NCBI GenBank assembly: GCA_964016885.1
Contig: OZ024743.1
Span: 152,396,001 to 152,460,000, forward strand
Length of the DNA: 64,000 nucleotides
Origin: Eledone cirrhosa
Lineage: Eukaryota
Direction: 5' to 3'
The notes under the pieces were generated by a model. It ran no database searches. It was not told where the DNA came from and saw only the letters and a list, made by a program, of their open reading frames with translations. Made by a program: the position numbers and the translations under genes. Every line of letters begins with the position of its first letter. Within the stretch, counting starts at the first letter, position 1. Below are positions 53,270-64,000 of the stretch, in pieces.

Positions 53270-54960
53270 AGGTGCAACAAGAAAGCCTCACACTGTCTGA
53301 AACTTGTTCAAAAGGAGTATAAGATGGAGAGACATCATAATGTTGCCAAAGTAATCCACTGGAAACTGTTTGAGAAGGCAGACAAATGGTACATGCTGCA
53401 ACAGTAGAAAGTATTGGAGTCTGCAATATTTTATGGCATTGGCCCCATACAAACTGATAAACAGCTAGATCATAATAGACCAGACATTGTAATCGAAAAG
53501 AAAAAACAAAACGTTTCAGTTAATAGATCCAGCTTGTCTATTCGATACTCATATAGAAGAAAAAGAAGAAAAGTGCACAAATTATGGTCCCTTGAAATAT
53601 GAAATTTTAAGAATGTAGAAAAGGGAAAAATGATACCAGTAGTCATTGACGCCTTAGGGCTGATCACAGAGAATTTTGATAAATTGATAGAAAAACTAGA
53701 ATTGAATCTTATAGTGGAGATGTTACAGAAACCTTGTTTGCTTGGAATGGTTAGGATAATATGAAATGTATTGGATACAAACTGAAAAGAAAGAAAAAAA
53801 ACATCATGATACCTTGATCTGTTATCTTGACTAAACCAGGAATGATTGTAATGAATGAAATGATAGCAATGAAATAATTGTAATGAATGAAAAGGATACT
53901 GAAATGAACAGAGTTAATGGAGCTGGAACTTTATGTGAAGTTTCCTCATTCAGATTGGTTTCAACAGTTCAGATATTCAGTAAGAATATTGGGATGGAGT
54001 TTAACATTAAGAAGTGTCTATTTTTAATCACGAAGAGAGGAAAAATGGTTGCATTTGAAGGAGTTGAATTGCCCAATGGCGAAAGAATCTAAGGCATTGA
54101 AGAAGTAGGATATAGATATCTGAGTGTATTATATGATCAGATTAAATAAAAAGATATAAGGGGCATTTTTAAAGGAATACAAAAGAAGGGTAATATATGT
54201 AATTAAGTTGAAACTTAATGGCAGGTTTAAGATAACAGAAATTTTTGCAGTAGCAATTGTCGGGATATAGTGCAGTAATTGTGAAATGGCCAGTAGATGA
54301 GCTAAAATCCTTGATAGATAGATGAGGAAATTGATGCCTATGTATGGAGCACTCCACCCTAAAAGTGATGTAGACAGAATATAAGTAACAAGAAACAAAG
54401 GGGGTAAAGGGTGTGAGGAATGTGTGAGGACTGAGGAGAATAACTTCAGAAGAATTACTGTTAAAAGCAATAAAAAGAAGTGGTGTCATTGATACTGAAA
54501 ATGCTAAGTTAAGAATAACCTTATATGGGAAAAGGAAAATGAAAAGATGGCTAAATGGAATGAAAAAAATAATGTATGGACAATTTGTAAGAGAACTGCC
54601 AGTCAACCTATAAGGTGGAACTGGCTAAGGAAATCTGACCTCAAAACAACAACTGAAGCTCTAATTTTCTCTGTTCAAGAGCAAGCAATAAAAAACCAAA
54701 TAGATAAAACTGTAAATTCACCTCTATGTAGACTATGTGGTGAAAAGACTAAGTGTGTGTCACATCATTAGTGAATGCCACAAATTATCCTAAAAGGAAT
54801 ACAAGAATATAAACATGAGAAAGATTGAGGTCATACCAATATTAAGTATGTAGCTCTTGATTATGTGGCCAAGAAATTAAAAAAATTGATAGAAAAACTT
54901 CAATCCAGGTAGTATTTATTCCTTCAGAAAATGACATTCCTAGGAACAGCAAGAATTTGA
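53270..54960 (+). mobile_element. Two degraded R4/Dong-like fragments
   Basis: IQTDKQLDHNRPDIV; IGMEFNIKKC; LHPKSDVDR; WLRKSDLK.TTEALIFSVQEQ; CRLCGE. Confidence 0.75.
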
Positions 54961-57900
54961 GAGGGGTGAAGGGAACATAAGCTCAGGAGAAAGTAACGAA
55001 GTGTTTCTAGGTCATTAGTTATGATCTATCCTCTTAGTTTAGTAATACGGCTGAAAAAAAGCCTAAGAAATAATAATAATAATAATTGTTTCTACTTTTG
55101 GCACAAGGCCAGCAATTATTCCAGTGTATTACTGGTACTTTATTTAATCGATCCCGTAAGGATGAAAGGCAAAGTTAACCTCGGCGGGATTTGAACTCAG
55201 AATGGCAAGGGTCGTAACTCTATGCTTGGCGTCCGACCCTCTAGGTGGAAGCGATTGTAGTAAATGCATAGAAGTGAGGACGAAGTGGTAAAAGTTAAAG
55301 GAACTATTATCACTGTTGGCAACAAAATGTTCCTCTTTCTCTCCAAGTGAAAGGAAAATTATATAATGCTTGTTAATTGTTATTCTCATATTGTTATTCC
55401 ATGAATTCTCCAAAGATTTGAACACAGCTTCAAATCCAATATTTGATTAAATAAATAACTTTATTTTAGACAAATAGTTATGTGCATTCGTTTTCTCTTT
55501 TCACCTTTGTCAGCCTCTTCATCAAAACATAAATAATGGGCATGGAATGAATCTCTTATAGTTACAGTCATACATTTCTTCACATCCCTTTCACTATCAC
55601 CATCATTGCCTGCTTTATATGCATGAAAACTTTAAAATGGGCAGCTTTGTATTATAAAACTAGGGACGATTTTTGGAAGGTTGTTATCTAAAGGGTTAAA
55701 GCATATTAACTTCATCTTTGCCCTCTCTTGAATGAAGTCCTGAAATAATTAAATGCTTTCTGGCTTCACACAATTCTTTCAGGCAATTTATCCACACTCT
55801 AAAACTCTGAGCAACAACAGAAAGTAAACTGTCCCATTAATACTGTTGCTGTATTCAACATCTTGTTTTGCAACATATCTGTCTGTGTGTGAGTAAGAAC
55901 AAATCAAGTATTGAGAGCAGATGTTCAAATGTCAGTTAATATCCAATATTTGAAATTACTCCTAAGAAAATGTTGAAGCTAATATAAACACATCTACTTC
56001 CTATGAGAATCAATAATAACAATAACAATCATAAAATTATTCTGTTTTATTTTATTTCATTTTAATAACAATAATGAATTCAAATATAAGCACAAGATCA
56101 CACATTTTAGAGGATGGGTAAATCAATTATATCAACCCCAGTACTTCATTGATAATTACTTTATTGATCCCAGAAGGATGAAAAGCATAACTGGGGTTAA
56201 TTAATGAATTAACTGCTCTGATTTGAATGTCTCTAATTGATGCTTATAATATCTAATATCATGGAGATAACTTTATTATCAATACTCCCCTTCTCTTTGT
56301 TCTTATTGCAAGAAACCAATATTTTGGAAAGTGGTGTTATGAAAAATTGTAAAATTAAAAAGGCATACTACCGTACCAAAAAAAAAAAAAAAATTGAGGA
56401 GCTCTGAATAAACTATCATTTGAATGGTTGTTTAACTCCAGGTCAACCCAGATTGAGACCTATGATGAATGATATTCCATCCCTGACCATCCCAATTTTG
56501 TTTTACAGCACTCAACCAATATGTTCCTCCCTAGTATTTTAAAGGTAGGTATGATGTCTAACTACCTTTGTATTCTTCCATAAAAAATTCTAATATAATT
56601 ACATAGCACTTATCAAGGAGGCACATAGCCTAGCAGTAAGGGTGTTAGACTTATGATCATAATGTCATGGGTTTGATTCCTGGGCTGGGTTGTGTGTTGT
56701 GTTCTTGAGCAAAACACATCGTTTCACATTGCTCCAGTATACTCAGCTGAAAATGAGTACCAGTAATAGCTGGGAGTTTAACCCTCTGATGGATTGGTGT
56801 ATGTCCAGGGGGAAGTATTGTACTCGCAGTCACTTCATGCCATGAAACCAGGATAAGCACTGGCCTGACAAGCCTCCAGGCTAGAGACAGACTTTAGACT
56901 TGGACTTATCAAAGAAGTCACCAAGAGTTGCTTTTGATCTGATGGCACAAAAAAAAGGAAAGGATATGATTTTAAGGATAACTAGTTGTTATTTTTATCA
57001 GGCTGGACATTGAGACATTCTTTTTTGCTTATGTCACTTGAGTTTGACAGTGAATCTAAACCTTGGTCTAACAGTAGAGTAAAGAGTTTGCTGTCTCACC
57101 AGTCATAGGTATTAGCACATATATAAGGATAAATCATTTACTTGATTTAATTTCACAATTGTAATCCACAGAAGCTTTGGAATCATGTTAGAATTGACAC
57201 TGTTTAATTACCTGTTAGACCAAATTTGAAAAAGATCAACTCCATTTAAAAAAATAAAATTGTTTAGCTGTGTCAATGGTGAAATAAAATCTTCTGACTC
57301 TTGAACTGAAAAGAGGAAGATGGATTTCTGCAATCAGCTTCTGTGCTCTTTTATGGAGGTGAATTGGCAGAGTCATTAGAACGTTAGATAGAATGCTTTG
57401 CTGTATTCATTTTGGCTCTATGATCTCTGAATTCAAATCCTGCTGAAGTTAACTTTGCCTTTCATCCATTCGATGTCGATAAAAAAGTACCAGTTAAGTA
57501 CAAGGGTCGATTCTTCCTCTATATCTCACTTTCTCACTTTCTTTCTCTCACAATCTACCCTTCTCTGGCAGAAATTTGCTGTATTCAGACGTAGAGAGGG
57601 ATGGGCTCTGCCAGATTTAAAAATGCCCTAGAAATGCTGTACTTTAATATGGTACCCCCCTACAATTCCACCAGGAGTTACGGAACCATGTATGTATGCT
57701 CTTTTATTAATCACAACACTAGAAAGAAAAAAAAAACAACAAAAGAAAAACAATTGGTGAATTTATCTCTTATCTGTTATAACCTTAGTAACATAAAATG
57801 ATTTATCAATCTCAAATTTGTTCAGCAAAATTATAATTTTTAGAGAATCACTAAGAAATATGGCAGGTAAGAAGATTTAAGTGATGTAGGCATGTAAAGA

Positions 57901-58436
57901 GAATGGAAAATGTGGAATATTTTGTTTGAATTATGCTGGAGTTAACTTTGCCTTGGCAGAACATCAGATGAGATGTCTTCTAGTATCAGTTTTTGCTTTT
58001 TCTGCATTCTCCACCTCTCGTGGAGAGAAATGGTACCTTTAAAACAAATTAGAGGTCAATGTCAGACAGAGTGATGTGTTGATGGGAACAATATCTTTTC
58101 ACATCAAGTTACAACAATAAAGCACCCAGTCCACACTGTCAAGTGGTTGTGTAGGCACCATGGTAAAAAGCACCCAGAACTCACTGTAAATGAGGTTGGT
58201 GTTAGGGAGGGCATCTGGTTGTAGAAATCAAGCCAAAATCAGTTCTGTATGAACAAAACATGGTCACTTGACTTGGCATTGCCCACAACAGGACAACCTG
58301 TCTAACCCCTGCTAGCGTGGAAGAATGGACGTAAAACAGTGATGATGATGATACATGAATGTGGACCCTGCACTGAAGTAGGCTAAACTTTATAGAATTA
58401 AAAATTAACTGTTTTATTCCCCGAAAATTACATATA

Positions 58437-58536
58437 CAGGGTGTCCCAAAAAATGTATACATACTTTGATTACCTGTACAGCTAATATTTATAAGAATGC
58501 TGTTGAAGTGTGTATACATTTTTTAGGGACATCCTG
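58437..58536. mobile_element. Tc1/mariner MITE, 100 bp
   Basis: TIRs CAGGGTGTCCCAAAAAATGTATACA…TGTATACATTTTTTAGGGACATCCTG; TA on both sides. Confidence 0.85.
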
Positions 58537-59635
58537 TATATATAATAGAACAATACCAAGGCTTATTTCAGATGGTGACTACATATAATGATGATGATAA
58601 TTGAGCATTTTATTAGTCATTATAGCCATCTGTTTTAGTGATTAAAGTCAGGTAAATTAAGCTGGTAATATAATTTTGGGATACAACAGAATTCTTTTTT
58701 ATTTCTTTTTTTTAATGCTTAGGTCTTTAAATCAGTCTTATTGATAATGTATAAAACTGAAAATGAAATTGGATAGACATTTAAAAACCACCAAATGCAA
58801 ATAATATTGAATTCACTATCAAGTCTAAATCAGTTAAATGATATATCAATATATAATTACTTGCTTATCAGATATTGATCTTCTCTGTATATACGCCCCT
58901 CAACTAATTTAAATATTTGTCTGCAGTTTCAATATATTTTTTATTAAGAATCAATTCTAAAATATTTGTTTGCCTGCTAGAATTATGTTTTATTTGTTGA
59001 CACTTGTTATAACATGTTTTTGTTTTAATATACATATATTGTATGAACTGGATTATTCATTAACTGATAGAAATTAACTTAGGTATCTCTAAGCAATTTA
59101 TTTTCTAAATAATTCCATTCTTCTACACTAACAGGCATACAATCGTATACATTTAGTTAGTGATTTGCCCATCACTACATTGCCAAGTATGTGAAGGAAG
59201 TTATAATTCTATGATGAGGTCAAAATAAGACTGGATTATACTTAGAGCTGTCTATTGTACTTGTTGAAATAATTAAGATAATACTAAGGTTGTGAGTTCG
59301 ACCCTAAAAGCATATGGTGCACTGTACCCTTGAGTAAGACCCCAGTTCACTTACCTGGAAAATATGAGTACTATATTAACCCACAACACACTGTTTTCAT
59401 ATCCAATGGGGAGTTGTTTGCAGCAACAACACTGGTGCCAAGTTGTATTGGCCTGTGGGGTGTGTGGCATGCTTGAGCTGGTCATCCACAAAACACATTG
59501 CCCAAGCTTGTGTCTTGGACAAGAACATTCCTGGTGCAAATCCATGGTCAGTTATAAGTGAAAGAAGCCTAGTTGTGGTTATTAATTTACAATGGAATAC
59601 TTATTACCTATTATTGCTGTGCTCCCTTTCCCAAC

Positions 59636-59841
59636 ATTAATTATTAACTGTTTTAGTTTCAGCTCCTAAATAAATGGCATACATTCTTTGAGCCGTTTCT
59701 AATTTCATAAAATAAAGTACCAGTAATACACTGGGATAATTGCTGGCCTTGTACCAAAATTAGAAACAATTAATTATTAACTGTTTTAGTTTCAGCTTCT
59801 AAATAAATGGCATACATTCTTTGAACCATTTCTAATTTCAT
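59636..59841 (+). repeat. 73-bp direct duplication flanking a 60-bp SINE 3' end
   Basis: 59636-59708 vs 59769-59841 (3 mismatches); insert 59709-59768. Confidence 0.85.
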
Positions 59842-61210
59842 TCACTGAACTGCAGCTATATTAGAGCATGACCTTCTACCACCCTAGTTGTTATTTCATT
59901 GACTGGTACTGATTAGATCAATCTTTGAAAAATGAACGTCGAGATGGACCAAGATGAGATGTGAACTTGAAATAAAAAGGAGTAATGAAATATACCATTG
60001 TATTTTGCTGACAATCCACTGAGTTCATACACAAATATATACATGATAAACTTAAATATTACATTTGTAAGCACAAAATGAAATGGGAAAAAAATAAACC
60101 GAATTGCCTACAATAATGTGTTGTATATTGAACAACTCAATATCCATTAAATATGTCAACATCCAGCTTACATATTGTAACCACCAAATTAGCACATGAA
60201 ACCACCCAACAATTGTTTGTTGGATATCTCACAAGCATTGCAGGTATTTTAGTAGCCGCATAAACACAAATGGACAGATCACCATTGAAGTTCATGAGAT
60301 ACGAGTGGAGGTAGATATATTGACAGTCCCAAACAAGGTGGGAAGCCTTAGAGTAAAGGACTATGAAGAAGGAGAAATTAAGATGAAAGGAATGAATTCA
60401 CTTTAGACTTGAAATAGTTCAGGCCACAAGAAGGAGGAAAACTATGAGATGGAAGAGAGTTCCAAAGTCTGACAGTTAAAAAAAAAAAGCTACAAGCATA
60501 GAAAGAGGTCCGTATTCATGGAAACACAACAGCGTTCAGATGAAAACATTGTGAGTTTCAAGTTAGGTGAGATGGCACAAAGTGACATGAAATCAAATGA
60601 GAAACTTCATTGGAGCACTTCCTATGGTAATGATAGAAAGAACTAAGACTGGCAACATCACGTCCATCTGACAAGGGTTGCATAGTTGAAGCAATTGTAG
60701 TTTATCCAGTAGAAAATTGACAAATGTTAATTTGGCAGCAAGAAATCTTTAGTTCTCCTTACTACATAAATCCATATCCATCCATACATACATACATAAA
60801 TACATACATATTTTGCATCTAATAACTGCATATACACATGTACAGATACAAAGCATGCACACATACAACTCAAAACATACACATCCACACATACAATAAC
60901 ATCCATATCTACACATGCATGCATAATCTACTCATGCATGCATAATCTACCTAGTTGATGTTGTGTAAATTCCAATGAGAGAGTCTTGTGTCTATGTTAG
61001 AAACCGAATCTCTCTCTATTGGTAAACATTTGTAAAATTATAAAACCAGAAGAACCTACATACACACACACACACATATATATGATCGTCACTGAGTCAA
61101 AAACAAAAACACACTTTTTTTTCTTCTCTGTTTTTTTTTCTTTGCTTTTTTCCTTAAAGCTTCTTAGAATATGTTTACCATCATTCCTTTGCTATACAAC
61201 TATTATACTA

Positions 61211-61270
61211 TATACACCTGATGATGTCACCCGGTTCATACGCGGCCTGGCCACTGAAATGTACATAGTC
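61211..61270 (+). ncRNA. Degenerate hammerhead ribozyme motif
   Basis: CUGAUGA(61218)…GAAA(61256)-UGUACA-UA with palindromic stem III; stems I and II eroded; AATAAA and TA tract downstream. Confidence 0.5.
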
Positions 61271-61429
61271 TTTGCAGAAATAAATAATTAAAGGAATTCA
61301 ACATTTCTGGCTTTTCGTTATTTTACTTTATAATATATATAAATATATATATATATATCATATATATGTACATATATATGTATACATACATACATGCATG
61401 CATGCATACATGCATACATACATGATGAT

Positions 61430-62400
61430 GGCTTCCCCCTCGTTATCAAGTATGGCCATTGATGATAAACACACACTCACACATATAGTAATAATTAACC
61501 GTGCTGTGATCAAATTTGGCTTTTTAGCCCAGCCAATAATCTAAATAAAATGACTTGCACAGAGTTGGCAACCATGATAAAAACATTCACTGGCAATAGC
61601 CGGCTGTCGTTGGTCTTTATGTACTTTTGCATGTTGTTTGAGCCTTCCTGCTGGGCATTTCCACATGCTTGACAGGTATGATGAGTAGAATCTCCCACAG
61701 CAGCCTGGTAGTCAACCACTCATCTCACTTTATGACTGCAAAGAGAAGAGAAGAGAGCACACATGCCTTGTACACCTTTACCTTTGTCTTCTTTCATATG
61801 TCTCGCCAACCCCAGATGCACCTTTCTAGCTTTCTGAAAGCATCACTTGCTTTTCTAATCCTGTGTGGAATTTCATTATCAAGATTGCTGTATCAATTGA
61901 CAGTGCTTCCCAGGTAGACAAACTGATCAACCACTCCAAGTTGATTACCATACATATAGATATTTGGTTCATTGTACTGATACCAGGGGCAGGTTGGTAC
62001 ATGACAACGGTTTTCTTGAGACTGAGAGTCAATCCTAGGGCAGTGCAAGTGTCAGAAATGTGCTGCATATCAATCTCTGTGTGCGCTACAAGATCGCAAT
62101 CATCTGCATACAAAAGGTCTCTTATGATAGAGCTTAATACTTTTGTTTTTGTAGCAAAGCGCTGATGCTAAATATGCTGCCAGAGGTTCAATAGTAGATG
62201 TAAACACCATGCTTGCAATTCCTGAATGCAATATAGAAAACCATCGCAAAGTATATGGCAAATAGGTCGGTACTGGAATATCCTCCTGTTTCACTCCATT
62301 TTTCACTGAGATAGGCTCTGACATTAACCCAAGCCTTCATGTCATCATGGAAAGACTTAACCAAAGCAAGGAACTTATCAGGGCAACTAAGTTTCTGGAG
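61430..62400 (-). mobile_element. RTE/BovB-like LINE relic
   Basis: CPDKFLALVKSFHDDM, NGVKQ, YADDCDLVAH, KKTVVMYQP. Confidence 0.8.
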
Positions 62401-62409
62401 AACATACAT

Positions 62410-64000
62410 ACATACATAAGCAGCTGGAAAGAAAGGTGTTTGAGGGTGTGCTGAATAACTCCTAATTAACAAAACTGCAAAGTCAGAGGTGCAACAACTT
62501 ACGAGAAATATGGCTACAGTTTGGCTGGACTACGGGAAAGCATTTAATTCTGTTCCCCACTCTTGGATGATAGAGGCCCTCCAGCCTGCTGAAATCCCAG
62601 ACATTATTATCAGAGCCATAGAGAAGCTATCTTCTTCTTGGGCTATTATCCTAAAGTTAAAAACAGAGAAGGAGAACTCTATTTCCACTGATAAAATAGA
62701 ATATCACAGGGGTATATTTGAAGGAGACAGTCTCCCTGTTCTGCTATTTATCCTATCATTAAATCCCTTGTCCTTTTTGCTCAAGAAATGTGAAGGATAC
62801 GTCATTGGCTCACAGGAGGAGAGAAATACGAACTTACCCATAATTTCTTTGTGGATGATCTGAAATTCTATGCCAAGAACGTTATTGGGATGAAGAAAAA
62901 TCTTGACCTTGTTACAACGTTCTCAAAGAATACCGGAATAGAGTTTGGCCAAGATAAATGCTCATATATGACTGTAAAGTGAGGAAACTACAACCCAATC
63001 TAACAACATTTGTATCAATGGCCTAACTGTTTCAACGATATCTGGGGAGGACTGCTACAGATACCTGGGGATAGATGATAATATATCCTATGATATCCTC
63101 GACAAGAAATGCGAAACCAGGGAATATTACACCCGATTAAGAAAAATATGGTCGTCGGAATTCTCTGCGCACAATAAAACAATGGCTCAAAATGTGTTTG
63201 CTGTGCCTCTCCTAACACGAATATTTGGAATACTGAATTGGACAATAAACAAAATCCGAGCAATTGATGTAAAAACTCGAAAAATTCTAAACAACACTGG
63301 AAACTTCCACATTAACAGTGATATAGACAGCCTCTACTTGAAACCTAAGCAGGGAGGAAGAGGCCTAACATCAGTCCAGACAGCATTTGGGTGTCGCATC
63401 ATATCCCGCTGACAACATTTACAAACCTCCAGCAAGTCTGTCTGCATGAGACAGATAAGATTATGAGAGTTGGGAAGGAACTCCTTGAAAGATACTCCCT
63501 GATTGATAATCAAAAACTCACACCCAGGGAAATTGCTCAGCAATACTGCAGCAAATCCATGGCTGAAAAACTGCATGCTTATCAGCGAAAAGTCATGCAT
63601 AGATATGTTGCCAGGAAGCTCTAGGGTGAGAGTTATATAGATAAGCAAAGTAGTCATCTTGGACCAACAACTGCTATATTGGCTCTCACTTTGAAGTATA
63701 TGCTTTTGCAATCCATGAACAGGAAATCAACACAAAACACCTGCTCGGCTAGTTTGGAAATTACAAGTACAATCCATTAATGGAACAGTAAAAATAGGTA
63801 AAACATTCCACAAATTCTGCATGTAATAACTGCATACACACATGGTACAGATGCAAAGCATATGCACATGCACACATGTAACTCAAAACATCCACATCCA
63901 CAAATACAATAGCACCCATACCTGCACACACATGCATGTATGCAGACATGAACACATATCTACCTAGTTTATGTTGTGTAAATCCAAATGAGAGAGTCTT
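62410..64000 (+). mobile_element. R4/Dong-like element (RT to 3' UTR), degraded and internally deleted
   Basis: WLDYGKAFNSVPHSW, RGIFEGDSL, FVDDLK, HINSDID.LYL…GGRGL; its 3' UTR is also present alone at 60810-61050. Confidence 0.88.

Overview
AT-rich, microsatellite-dense eukaryotic genomic DNA. The repeat repertoire suggests a cephalopod such as octopus (inference). Most of the window is decayed retroelements (RTE, CR1, R4/Dong-like RLE, one possible Tx1 end), tRNA-derived SINEs, DNA-transposon MITEs with clear TSDs (MULE/foldback, hAT, Tc1/mariner) and very long (TA)n arrays. There are only tentative host exons. The most striking signal is a dense set of type I hammerhead-ribozyme (HHR) motifs at about 10 loci, mostly between 13.8 and 24 kb. 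They sit in short non-coding cassettes of several sequence families. Six cassettes are arranged as head-to-head inverted pairs reading outwards, usually ending at (TA)n tracts. One shows a 312-nt circularly permuted unit. This looks like a retrozyme / Penelope-pLTR-type non-autonomous system. All helices were paired by eye; no folding or database search was run.
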